A stretch of DNA of 63,806 bases, filler included, from Welwitschia mirabilis (taxonomy: Eukaryota): the NCBI GenBank assembly GCA_051453625.1. It is 8 parts of one record of this genome, joined end to end, with 100 filler letters (N's around TTAATTAATTAA, not from the genome) between each part and the next. Parts side by side here need not be neighbours in the genome. Positions count along the whole stretch, not along the records: positions 10,201 to 30,110 come from JBOZIK010000001.1; positions 30,211 to 40,654 come from JBOZIK010000001.1; 6 more parts are not named here. One strand, 5' to 3'. The translations under genes were made by a program, and so were the position numbers. Positions 24,570 through 36,865 of this stretch are shown here, piece after piece. Each line of letters opens with the position of its first letter. Positions within the stretch are counted from its first letter, which is position 1. The notes beneath the pieces are model-generated. The model ran no database searches. It saw nothing but the letters and a program-made list of their open reading frames with translations, and was not told the origin of the DNA.

Positions 24570-27500
24570 CTGCAGGAAAGAGTAAACACAGGAGAGAGTT
24601 CAGAAAGAGGGCAATTCTGATTCTTGCACCTTGCACAAGCCTGAATAGGTTGATGATGATGAGAAGCATGATACGCCTAGTGAAAATGTCTAGTCTAATC
24701 TAGACCAGCTTGAAGAAGAAAGCTTAAGTTTTAAATCTGAGTTTGATGTTAATGGTATTCAAATTGCAACACATTGGGTTCGAAGATCTGCTAGAGTTAT
24801 CAGATCACCTCAAAGGTACTCTCTGTCTTTACATTATGTGTTGGTTATAGATAAGGGAGAACTTAAATCCTTTGAAGAAGCTATTGCTTCTTCTGAATAT
24901 CATAAATGGAAAGCTACCATGCAAGAAGAAATGAAATCCCTAGAACGGAATCATACTTGGGATTTGGTTCCCTTACTGAAAAGACATAGGCCTTTAAAAT
25001 TCAAGTGGGTGTATGTCATCAAACAAGAGGCTGATAGTGGATAGGGCTTCAAAGCATGGGTGGTAGTGAAAGGGTACAACTAGAAACCAGGTATTGATTT
25101 TACAGAAATTTTCTCACCTATTGTGAAGCAGACATCTATTCGAATTTTGTTTGGCATGGTTGCTTGTTTAGATTTGGAGTTAGAGCAATGAGACATTAAA
25201 ATGACTTTTTTGCATGGCGATCTAGAAGAAGAAATTTATATGCATGTACCAGAGGGATTGGAAGTGGAAAATAGAAATCTTGTTTGTAGGTTGAGGAAGT
25301 CTCTTTATGGCTTGAAACAAACACCTTGTCCATGGTAAAAGAAGTTTGATGATTTTATGCAGAAACAGGGATACACCAATTGTGATTATGATCATTGTGT
25401 ATACCTTTACATGAGTGCTTTAGGCATGATTGTCATTCTTATGTTGTATGTTTATGATATGTTGGTCGCTAGAAATGACATGAAAGAAATCAAAAGACTG
25501 AAGCATGAAATGTCTTAAGACCTTTCAGCTAAAGATCTTCGACTAGCAAAAGAAACCCTTGGAATGAGGTTGTTTGGAGATAGATCATGTCACTGGTTAT
25601 GGTTGAGCTAACCTAAATATATTGATAAAGTTTTGAAACGTTTTAACATGCTAGATTGTAAACCTGTTTGTACTCCTCTAGCTACATGTTTCTAATTGAC
25701 TCATCAGGGTTGTCCTACTTCAGAGAAAGAGAAAGCAAAATCACAAGTGTGCCTTTTACATTAGCTATGGGAAGCATGATGTATGCCATGGTCTGTTCTA
25801 GACTAGACATTGGTCATGCAGTGGGAGTTTATCTCTCGTTTTATATGCAATCCAGGAAAATAGCATTGGGAAGCAATAAAATGGATACTTCGTTATTTGA
25901 AGGGAACCCCCAACTTATGAGTTTGTGTTTTGGCAACGCTGATTTCTATGTTATAGGGTATGTAGACGTCGATTATGCTAGTTGCAAGGATACTAGAAGG
26001 TCTACTACTAGTACATCTTTTGTCTATAATCAAATGTTGGTCTTTCCATTGCAAAAGCTGAGTATGTTGTCTTAACAGAAGCTGTTAAGGAGATGTTGAG
26101 GCCTTGTGGTCTTGTTGGTTGGTTTGGCCTTAGTCAAACCAAGTCTGTCATGCATTGTAATAGTCAGAGTGCCATAGATTTGACGAAGGACCTTGTTTAT
26201 CATGCCGAAACTAAGCACATTGATACTAAAATCATTTTATCAGTTAGAAGTTTGAAAAAGGCTTATTAGGTGTTTGGAAGATATACATGCATGCGAATCT
26301 TATTGATTCCTAGACAAAGGTTGTTGATGGTACAAAGCAAAAGGCATGTTGTGATGGAGTAGGTGTGCAGAGATTGTCTGGAAGGAAGGAAGTAAGCGTC
26401 TCTTGGAGCTGAATAAGTAGGTGCTTTTGAAAACCCCCCAAATTCTTTTTTCAAGTGGGAGAATGTTAGAAAAAGTGAAGCCAAATTTGTCTTTTTTTTG
26501 TTATAACATTATGTTTTAACGTTGACACTGTTATTGCATGCCTCTTTGTAATGTTGTAAATGTTGGGCATGCACTCCCCATGCATAGCTCGACAAGTGGA
26601 TAAATATGAAGGGTCTTGGTNNNNNNNNNNNNNNNNNNNNNNNNNNNNNNNNNNNNNNNNNNNNNNNNNNNNNNNNNNNNNNNNNNNNNNNNNNNNNNNN
26701 NNNNNNNNNNNNNNNNNNNNNNNNNNNNNNNNNNNNNNNNNNNNNNNNNNNNNNNNNNNNNNNNNNNNNNNNNNNNNNNNNNNNNNNNNNNNNNNNNNNN
26801 NNNNNNNNNNNNNNNNNNNNNNNNNNNNNNNNNNNNNNNNNNNNNNNGGCATGTTGTGAGGGAGTAGGGGTGCGGAGATTGTCTGGAAGGAAGGAAGTAA
26901 GCGTCTCTTGGAGCTACATAAGTAGGTGCTTTTGAAAACCCACCAAATTTTTTTTTCAAGTGGGAGAATGTTAGAAAAAGTGAAGCCAAATTTGTCTTTT
27001 TCTGGTTATAACATTATGTTTTAACGTTGACACTGTTATTGCATGCCTTTTTTGTAATGTTGTAAATGTTGGGCATGCATTCCCCATGCATAGCTCGACA
27101 AGTGGGTAAATATGAAGGGTCCTAGTTNNNNNNNAAGTCATGGCTCTTGATCTGATGATGAAGGGCAAAACAATTGGTATTAGAGCCATCGTTTTGGCTT
27201 GGTTTTGGGTTCGAATCTCCTTAGTGCCTTTTTGATTCATGTGAGTACTCGATATGTGAATTAAGAGGGGAGGTTGGGTATGCGCTTTTTATGCCTAGTG
27301 CGACGAGTGGGTAAATACGAAAGGTTCTAGTTTCCACCTAAGTCATGGCTTTTGGTGTGATGGTAGGTCCCAACAGTAAAAGGAGATTATGTTTTAACTC
27401 CTTAGGATATTTAAAAATGGGAAAGAAAAAGAAAAAAAAAAGGAAAGGAGAGGAACTTTCTAGAACTTTCTAGATTAACTTGGCATGAAACCCTAAACCT

Positions 27501-27712
27501 ATTTAAAGGTTTCTTAGCATTTTGTTTTGTATAAATTTCTTTTCCTTCTTGAAGAAGATTAAAAGCTCTGCCTGCTTCGTGTGGTTTTTCCCTGCGTTGG
27601 GGTTTTCCATGTTAAATCTTATGTGTTGTTCTTTTGCTTGTTGTTTTCATTTTAATCTTATGTGTTGTTCTTTTGCTTGTTGTTTTCATTTAGTATGTTG
27701 GTTTTCATAACA
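24570..27712 (+). mobile_element. 3' half of a Tork/Tnt1-type Ty1/copia element (RT-RNase H, PPT, 3' LTR) in intron 1
   Basis: WKATMQEEMKSLERNHTWDLVPL, FLHGDLEEEIYM, LRKSLYGLKQ, GSMMYAMVCSRLDI, GYVDVDYA, TKHID. PPT caagtgggagaa is followed by LTR TGTTAG at 26969 (duplicated at 26464 across a gap), ending ...cataACA at 27712. Confidence 0.9.
27067..27375 (+). mobile_element. Complete TRIM (terminal-repeat retrotransposon in miniature), 309 bp, nested in the copia LTR
   Basis: LTRs of about 105 bp at 27067-27172 and about 27273-27375; element termini TGTTGGG...CCCAACA; tRNA-Met PBS tggtattagagcc 27175-27187; PPT aagaggggag 27263-27272; 5-bp TSD GTAAA at 27062-27066 and 27376-27380. Confidence 0.92.
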
Positions 27713-30700
27713 CTATCACTATCAATCTGCATTCGTAAGATTTGCCTTGTTGGTCCATGGTCTTTCATGGCAAATTTCTTGCCTATTTCAGCCTTCAAGT
27801 ATTTTATTTTATTGCTGTCATTTCCTTTAAACAACATCTCATTAACATACTATGAAAGAACACAAAATTTGCCTCTTAAATCACCTGAAACATAAATGCA
27901 ATTGTCGAAATTGCTTTTAATGTATTGCTACTTCTTTGTGAAAACATGAAACTTGTTGTACCACTGCCTGGGAGCTTGTTTCAGCCCATACAAACTCCTG
28001 TTTAACTTGCAGAGCAAATCTGGTTTTCTTTTATTAATGAAACCTTTAGTCTGTTGCATTTAAATTGCTCAATTTAGGTTCCCCTGTAAGAATGCTGTTT
28101 TAACATCTACTGGTTCTAGTTCTAAATTCATATAAGCAATTAGTGATAAAACAATTCTAATAGAAAAATGCTTTACAACAAGTGAGAATATTTCTGTAAA
28201 ATTAATACCAGCATTTTGTTCATGGCCCTTCACAACCAGCCTAGGTTTGTATATTTTTGTGCCATTAGAATCTGTTTTCAGCTGGAAAACTATCTATTTT
28301 TCAATGCCTTTCTCCCCTTTGGAAGGGGCACCCAGTCCCATTTATGGTTATCATTCAGGGACTTCCATTTTTCCTTCATTGCTGCCTCCATTTCTCCACG
28401 TTAGGGGAAGTTTTAACTTCTGCAAATGTTGTAGGTTCTCCACAATCAGTAAGCAAAACATAATTCAAAGATGGAGAACACCTATCCGGTTGCTTTGTTA
28501 ACCTGGTGGACCTTCTCACCTAATGTTGCTTGTTCACTTGTTCTTCATCTTTAGCCTCTTGCTCATCATGTTCACCTTCAATCTGTTCACCTTCAATCTG
28601 TTCATCCTCATTTTGAGACATGTCTTTAGCTTTTTTTCTNNNNNNNNNNNNNNNNNNNNNNNNNNNNNNNNNNNNNNNNNNNNNNNNNNNNNNNNNNNNN
28701 NNNNNNNNNNNNNNNNNNNNNNNNNNNNNNNNNNNNNNNNNNNNNNNNNNNNNNNNNNNNNNNNNNNNNNNNNNNNNNNNNNNNNNNNNNNNNNNNNNNN
28801 NNNNNNNNNNNNNNNNNNNNNNNNNNNNNNNNNNNNNNNNNNNNNNNNNNNNNNNNNNNNNNNNNNNNNNNNNNNNNNNNNNNNNNNNNNNNNNNNNNNN
28901 NNNNNNNNNNNNNNNNNNNNNNNNNNNNNNNNNNNNNNNNNNNNNNNNNNNNNNNNNNNNNNNNNNNNNNNNNNNNNNNNNNNNNNNNNNNNNNNNNNNN
29001 NNNNNNNNNNNNNNNNNNNNNNNNNNNNNNNNNNNNNNNNNNNNNNNNNNNNNNNNNNNNNNNNNNNNNNNNNNNNNNNNNNNNNNNNNNNNNNNNNNNN
29101 NNNNNNNNNNNNNNNNNNNNNNNNNNNNNNNNNNNNNNNNNNNNNNNNNNNNNNNNNNNNNNNNNNNNNNNNNNNNNNNNNNNNNNNNNNNNNNNNNNNN
29201 NNNNNNNNNNNNNNNNNNNNNNNNNNNNNNNNNNNNNNNNNNNNNNNNNNNNNNNNNNNNNNNNNNNNNNNNNNNNNNNNNNNNNNNNNNNNNNNNNNNN
29301 NNNNNNNNNNNNNNNNNNNNNNNNNNNNNNNNNNNNNNNNNNNNNNNNNNNNNNNNNNNNNNNNNNNNNNNNNNNNNNNNNNNNNNNNNNNNNNNNNNNN
29401 NNNNNNNNNNNNNNNNNNNNNNNNNNCCTTTTAAAATTTACTCTACGTGACTTTCCAACTTCACAATCTTTATAGAATTCAAAGCAAGAAATAGGGATTT
29501 AGACTATAGTACCTTCAAACCCGATTGACTAATGTGTCTTAGCCACCTATGCCACAAGCTTGAATATGTTGTAACAGTTGTAGCCCCTTCTTACTTCCTA
29601 ATAGCAGCAACATGCAAGGTGTGCATGGAATCTTCCTTGGTTCCTTTCAAAACAGTCATAGCACCTTTGCTGATTTTCTAGGTACCTCCAGAAAAAGAGA
29701 GCCTACAACCCAACTTATCAAACTGTTCTACAACTAGTAAATTTTTGGTTATTTTTAGAACATGTCTAACATTTTTGATAATGATGTATTGTCCATCTTC
29801 TTGCTTTGACCCAGTCAGTGATGAAAATGTCGACAATTAGTTTATGTCGGCCGTCTGTAAAAGTCGTGTTGGGGAGACCTGTCGCCATGTCAGCGCAAAA
29901 TGTCTGCAATTGTTTTTATTTAAAAATTAATGGAAATTTGTTATTCACAGGATTTAAAAGCAACATATAGTTAAAAAAGCTAAAATAAGCAATTCAAATA
30001 TTCATTTAATGTGAATAGATAACTAGCAACTGATTCTCACATAGCCACATGGAAAGCAAAAGCTCTGAAAGCATTAAAATTTAAAAATTATAGTAAACAT
30101 TGTTCATTTCNNNNNNNNNNNNNNNNNNNNNNNNNNNNNNNNNNNNNNNNNNNNTTAATTAATTAANNNNNNNNNNNNNNNNNNNNNNNNNNNNNNNNNN
30201 NNNNNNNNNNATTTACTGTTGAGTCATTAAAAGATCCTTGTGAAGGTTTTGGGCCTTACTACGCATTTAGGTCAAAATTGTGACCTAAAATACTCACTGT
30301 GCGTTTTCTCTGCCAATGATCCAGCTCTAGTGCTCGAGTCTCCAGCAGTCCAGTGTGATTTCAAAGAGTGTGTTTTCTACTCTCGATCTCTCCAACAATC
30401 TAGCACACCAGTGTTTCTCTGCCTTCCATGATCTTCACCTTCGTGCTTCTCTATTCATGTGTGCTTCTCTCCAGTCTCCCACGTTTCTATGTTTTTCCCC
30501 TTTTGTGCGCTTTCCTTTTATGCAATAAAAGATTGGAAAATGTTGGCGACAGATTGAACAAAAATCGCGACTTTTACCAGATTTTTGCGTGGCGACTTGT
30601 CGCTGACATTTTGAATTTGTCAGCTCAAAATGTTGCCATGACAACGATTTTTTGGCGGTGTGAGGCGACATGTTGCCTAATAAAAAACAGAGGACCCAAT

Positions 30701-32174
30701 AATGCTCGTTCCTTGAATTTTGAATTCTGTACTATCTACAGCTCTAGTTACACTTGAGGAACATTCTTGATAAGAGCTGAGACAATCCCTTTTTGGATAG
30801 ATGGGAAAGGAAGCACCATTGTCTAATATTTGGACATCTTCATATTCTTGAGTCGCATTTGCCAAGGAATCTAAACAATTAAAAGTCAAAACTGGATCTT
30901 CATCCACTTGGTTAGAGGTTGAGTGTTCATCATTTTTCTCTGCAACAATGGTTGCTTCTATTGATCCTTTGAAGATTGTAATAGTCCTTTAAATGCCCTT
31001 TTTTTCTTATAGAACCAGCATTCTATGTTTTTGCCGCATGAAACTCCTTTGCTCTTGCTTTTTCTTCTGCTCTAGTCCCTCCTTTAATTCCTGCCTCTGC
31101 CTTCTACTGTCAAAACTCCTTTAGAAGTCTACAATTCATCTATGATTTCCTCGGAATCTTGAAGGTTAGAAAGAACCTACTCAAACATCATTGTAGAAAT
31201 GTTCATCGACGTGGTGATTGAGGTCATCACAACAGACCATAAAAGTAGAAGGCAATCTGAAAAAGCATATGACTTGGGCAAATTTGGAATCGTGATCTAA
31301 TACTCTTCTAACCTATTTAGGTTTCCCATCATCTCATCTAGATGTTCTCGAAGGGAAACCTCTAACTTCTTCTTAGCCCTAAAAACAATCTAGTATATTT
31401 GAAAAGTATTTATACTAAAAGCTTTGTCAAACCTGTTTTTCAAAGCCTGTCCCAGATCATATGGGTCCATGTTAGTTTTGATGGATACCATGACATTGAT
31501 GCCTTAGGCTAGATGAATGTATGATAGCACTTTGGCCTTAAGCTTCATCTAGTCTTCATTCTCTATGGACAACGGTTTAGATGCATCAAGAGCTTCCACA
31601 GAATCCTTCTGAACCAAGACAGCCTTCATCAAAATGCTCTAGTTTCATTCTACGAGTTTGTCTGTCTTATTGATCCTTTCCATTTTGACTTGCTGTATGG
31701 ATGAAAAATTAGCTGCATTGAACTGCCCAAGAAATTCCCCTGAAGAAAATACCCACTTGTTCTGCTTTGCTCCTCTCGGACTTGCGTTGCTACGCTTGCT
31801 ACATTCACAAGCTTTACTGGTACAAACCAAGAAAAGCTCCCAAAACCCCCAACCAAGGCTTTGATACTAGTTGTTGTAAAACAAATACAACAACAGAAAA
31901 ATAACAAGCAAAAAGGAGCAACACATGAATTTTATGTGGAAACCTTTCCAGCAAAAAACCACGAGAAAACAGTGCAGAGCACTTATTAGTGCTTTGGAGC
32001 AAAAATGATGATAATATGTTACAACCAAATCTCCCTTTTATGAACACCCTCTTAGAGTTTTAATCCTAACTCCCCCTTTTTCACCCTTTTAGGGTTTTAT
32101 CACACTTCAAAGGAGTTTTAGAAATAAAAGTGACTCTAAAATTAACATAAAAAGGATTTGGCTTCATAACAACA
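27713..32174 (-). mobile_element. Tork/Tnt1-type Ty1/copia element (5' LTR, PBS, gag, PR, INT in gap, partial RT) in intron 1
   Basis: LTR 31872-32174; PBS (plus-strand gctttgatacta) 31858-31869; gag MKAVLVQKD; protease ILDNGASF; GAG-pre-integrase LWHRWLRHIS (about 29540); RT VDVKTAFLQG, LNRSLYGLKQAPRQWY and FAMKDHG, truncated exactly at the LTR end of the plus-strand element. Confidence 0.9.
29816..30692. mobile_element. Non-autonomous hAT-like DNA transposon interrupting the copia protease
   Basis: The protease reading resumes on both sides; 8-bp TSD gacccagt (29808-29815) / gacccaat (30693-30700); subterminal TGTCGCC/GGCGACA-type repeats at both ends; TIRs are weak; contains a scaffold gap. 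Confidence 0.65.
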
Positions 32175-34814
32175 GATTGCAGGGACATTTGTGAAAAAAT
32201 GATTTTGCCTAATTTATTGATTTCATAAGTCTTGCTTTTGAAAAACAATTTAAGGTAAGTAAACATTATTTACCCACAAAGTTTATTCCTTGTAGGCACG
32301 CATTACCTAGCAGTAATGTGATCCATGGAAACTCTGTTCTGTATGATAGCGATTTGAAGAAATAATACTGAAAAGCAGTGATATGTTGTGACTTGCCAGC
32401 AGTACAAAAAGTAATTCCAGATTTTATGTTACAAAGACTGCAAGGTGCATGCTCACATGCAAACTTCTAGATGCAAGTGATTTTAGAATGAGAAGCAGAA
32501 ATTTGGGGGAGGCTTTGATTCCCCTTCCTACATGAGAGGATCATCATGTATTAACTGCGAGTGGTTGTTCCTCAGGTGCATAGTCCACAAGGTCTGAAAG
32601 GTTCTTCTGATACATTGAGATAAATCATTTATATGTCTCTGCAGTCTGTGTTGGGAAGCCTGTCTCGGATATTAGTCATGAAACACATGGGAGTATAGAT
32701 TTTTGACATTCCAGTGGCTGTTGAAAGGGGGTTCCTCCTCATCTGACTCGTTCATTTGTTAACAAGGCTACAGAGGATCTCTAAGGGTTTATCAACAGGA
32801 CTTAGGAAGTTTAGGAATGACTTTCTGTTGAGTATTCTCTGACAGCATTGGTAGAATCTTTGATAAATTTGTGATTACGCACAGGGTATGACTGCATGTG
32901 ACCATTCTTTTTGGGCCATTGGTTTTATAAGGTGGGGCTAAAGTGTATTCCATTGGAAGTCTTAGCATTTTGCAATGGAGCAATCAATGTTCTACCGGCT
33001 TTCCAAGGAAATTCTCCTGCCTTGAGGCTTTTGACATAAATTTATCTGTTCACCTGTGCATGTTTTCATTTCTTTCTTTTCATAGTAATCAAATTTATGT
33101 GAATAAGAATTAATGAACAACAATTGATCCTGCGTAAATAATAAACTTATTTAGTTGTTTTTTTTCTTATGGCATGCTTCCTTCAGGGCTTTCTACTTAC
33201 CTTTTCATGGAACTTCTATTAGCGCCTTGATGTACATGCAATTAGTTGTCAGTTTTCTTAAAATGTGTTTTTTCTATCAATGCTGCACTCAAAGCTTCCT
33301 TCCTCACTTACTCACTCAACAGATTTTCCAAAATGTTGTTTGACCTAAATTTGGCAGATGTCATTGACTTGATTTAATGAATTGTTTGTTCCTTATCATC
33401 ATGTAGAGAACTCAATTAAAACAATGCTTCAGTCTCAAATTCATTTCTTGAGTTTTGTCTCCCATAAAAAACTGGATACCTACTGTTTAGGTACTTAAAT
33501 TCATCTTTAAAGTTAAGAATGAACAAGAGCCTTTAGGAGGAATCAAACAATTTGCTATTTATTACTTTTTTGTGGTGGGTCACAGGATACTGACCTCTTA
33601 CGGCTTGCAACAGACTCAAACCATCTGCCTGTTTTTTCAAACATAACTGCACAGAGAACTGAAAAACAATACATAAGTTTTTTTCCCCTCATCAAGCTCC
33701 TTCAAGTAAATGATTTCCGCTATAAATAATATCTATAAATATCTTGTTTAATTTTCACATCCATTAATTGTTTTACCTGTCGTAGTGTTAAGATTGTAAA
33801 CAGCTCAACAATTAACATACAAAGTATTGACTGCTTTGATTTTAAAATTTGAAAAGATGCATTGTCAATACAGGGCAGAACAACTAATGCTTTCATGTGT
33901 CATTATCATTTAATCTCCCATCCCTTTTAAACCATATTTTTGACTTCAACTTTTAATAAGTGCAAAAACTTGCTGCTTGTCTTTTCCTCATGCCATGACT
34001 GTGGTTACATGTAAGTTGCTCTCTCAAGATGGGATTTGGATGATCTGACCCAGTCTGTGATACATCCGCTTGTCTAAACTGTTCAACTCGCCATACAGTG
34101 CACCTTTCTGAGAGAATGTAAGTACATCACAGTCTGCGTGTGCTGTCTTAACTAGAGTTGACACAGTTGGGAGAGGCATGGTGTAGTACTGGCTCTAATT
34201 TCAATCAATATCTATGTTATGGATATCCTTAAATCCCATAAACATTAACAACTATTTAATATTGATTGTGATATGGTACACAAATTCCTTAGATTCTTCT
34301 ATTCATGAGTTGGAGAGTCACATTAGTAGCCTCATGTTCGGATGTGAATGATTTTGTTGAGCTTGGAAGTTTTGTATGTTTAAGAGCACCTACATTCACC
34401 AATTTGTCTATGGCCTTGCCCTTTTTCCAGCTCCCGTACTTTAACTATAGTCATCGCAGTAGTGACAGCTAGTGACAGCTCTATCCTTCAATGCCAATTT
34501 GATAAATTGCTTATGATCATGTTTTTTAACCACTGTGAAACGTGATTGTATAATCCTTTCTCTTGCCACAATTTTGACATTTTATGTTTTATTTTCTTTG
34601 CATTCACGCTTGACATCTTCTGTCCTTCGAGCTGGGCATTGCTAGTCATTAATCTTTTATGATGCTGTTATCAATTTTTTAATAAGCATGAAGGATTTTG
34701 TTGTGTATACACATGTTCAAGTAATTGAAATTGTCTCTAGCTTTTCTTTGGTGTATAGTTATTTGTTACATTCCTTGTATACTTTCTTATTGCCCGGTTT
34801 GGTTTAACATGCAG

Positions 34815-35868
34815 GTGGAAAGGATACAAGCGACAAAAAAATATTGGTTGACATGTTATTTTGGGCAGTTGACAATCCAGCACCAGCAAACTATATGCTA
34901 ATTTCAGGGGACCGTGATTTTTCTAATGCACTTCATCAGCTCCGATTGAGGAGATATAATATCTTGTTGGCAAGGCCTCCTCAACATGTGTCCCCACCTC
35001 TTATCGGTGCAGCACAAAAGGTTTTGCTTTGGGGAAACTTAGCAAGGGGTGAACCAGCTTTACAACTGTCATCTGCTGGTAATCATTCAAGTGAGAAAAT
35101 ATCAAAGGCTAGCTCTTCAATTGAAATTGGTGGAGGAGACACAAAAGAGATTATTAGACGTACACATTCAGAACCAAATCCACTTTCTTTCTCTTACCAT
35201 CCAACACATTCAAACAATTTTGAGAAAATGGCAGAAGAAAAGCAATCAGAAACTACTTGTGCTTTCGAGCATTATTCTACCAACAATTCTGTTACTTATG
35301 ATCAGAGAAATTATGTGGCTGCAAATAATCACCTTCAATCTAACGCTCAACCTTTTGCCATGGATGGCTTGTCTCGTGCCAGTATAATTGAAACAAGAGA
35401 TAAAATGGCTGCTGATTCTATGAAGCAGATGCCATATACTCATCCAAATCAGAAACTTAATCATTTTGAACCACACTACTCAATGCCAAATCAATTTCTA
35501 TCTCAGGAAAAAAGCATCAATAGCTATGATTCTCATTTAGGTATCACATTACAGGCTTTAGAATTCCTGAGGGAAAATCAGCTATCACCAACTGAAGAAA
35601 ATATCAGAGATTGCATTCATTATGGAAACCTGTGTAGTTCAGCATTCGATATTCACTATCTTTTGGAAACTGCCATTGAGAAAAAGCAGATATTGATTCT
35701 GAGGGTTGGGGGAGCGTCCCGTTTATTCATTAAACCAAATACTCAACTATGGAAATGTGTGGACCCTTTCAATATGTACGATAACTACCCAAGGGCAGCA
35801 TGGGATGGATTTGAAAATTTTTTGGCAAGTTCTGAAGGGCATAATTTATTTGCGAGATCTGAGAAACG
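34815..35868 (+). CDS. NYN-domain endoribonuclease, coding exon 2
   Basis: Acceptor TGCAG at 34814 joins in frame to give HVPSG-GKDTSDKKILVDMLFWAVDNPAPANYMLISGDRDFSNALHQLRLRRYNILLA. Open to the donor CG|GTAAGT at 35868/35869. Confidence 0.95.
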
Positions 35869-35960
35869 GTAAGTTGATAGTATTTTCTTCTCTATATTTG
35901 TCTTCTTAATTTTCGCAGAGTTCAAAACGCTTCAAAAACACGTTTGCCTTTGGTGAACAG

Positions 35961-36171
35961 TTACCATGCTGCACTTATATTGAAGTCCTATTGTCTAAGG
36001 CATTCTTCACTTGGCACAATTCTTCATATGTTGCAACTTGCCATAAACAAGAAATGGATAGTCCCTAGCCGCCAAACAGGCTGGCAGCCTTTAGTTATCT
36101 GCATTGGTTCTAGTATGAAACCATCAAATATCATGAACAGTGTAATGGCTTTGTCATTTAGTCACAAGTAG
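35961..36171 (+). CDS. NYN-domain endoribonuclease, coding exon 3 (stop TAG 36169-36171)
   Basis: Acceptor AACAG at 35960; phase-2 join gives R-YHAALILKSYCL...KKWI...GWQPL, the conserved C-terminus of this plant family. Total CDS is 1506 nt = 501 aa plus stop. Confidence 0.9.
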
Positions 36172-36794
36172 AGCTGTGTTTCAAAAATAAGAACACAGAC
36201 TCTGCTCCAGTTAGAAATGCTTTCTAGAGATTTTAACATGTGAAGTTACCTGGCGGCATCGCATTGACTTCACATCATTTAAAGTTGATTCCATTAAGTG
36301 TATACTCTGTGAAATATCGAAATAGTCCAGAGGTTATATATGCAGTATACATAAGGCTCCTATATAGCATTCAAAGGAAAGCCAGAATGCATTTGTTCCA
36401 ACTTTCAGCAGTTCATCAAAGGATTCGTTGTATGTTGGTTTTGTTTGTTGATCCATTGCTGAAATAGTAATCATGCGAGAAAACTGATTGTATGTAGTTT
36501 TTGAGAGATTGCTCTTTAGAAGGCATCTCTACAGTTTACTCATTTTGTGTTAGTGAACAATGAACATTGTTACTGTGCAGAGAGTGATGTTGGGGTTTGT
36601 GGTATTTTGCACATCTGTAAGCTAATAATTTCTGATGGTGGTTCTTCTTATTAAAATGAAATGTGTGAAGCATAGGTGAGAGAATATCAAATTCGAAGCT
36701 TTTAGTGACTGTATCATCCTTTGGGAGTACAGTTACCATGATTGCCTAAATAAATGATTTAATTATGCTTCAGTCTTATAGCATGCAAATTAAG

Positions 36795-36865
36795 TCATTT
36801 AAAGATTCAAACCCATGACCTTTTGAATCTACTAGTTGGACTACCATCCCACTATCTAATCCCAT
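36795..36865 (-). mobile_element. Possible degenerate tRNA-derived SINE head; related sequence at about 47410-47480 (+)
   Basis: Minus strand has A-box-like tagatagtgg and B-box-like gggtttgaatc; shares gatgRtagtccaacYa with the 47413 region. Confidence 0.3.

Noticed and set aside
26464-26620. Second copia LTR/TRIM start suggesting a tandem element
   Set aside because: It duplicates 26969-27127 across an N gap; most likely an assembly or haplotype duplication.
28523-29450. Long ORFs in the track that run through N stretches (also 864-1196, 3217-3820, 43221-44243, 44998-45805)
   Set aside because: They are open only because N codons contain no stops.
29490-29560. tRNA/SINE-like appearance on the minus strand
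   Set aside because: It translates as the copia GAG-pre-integrase motif LWHRWLRHISQSGLKVL, so it is part of pol.
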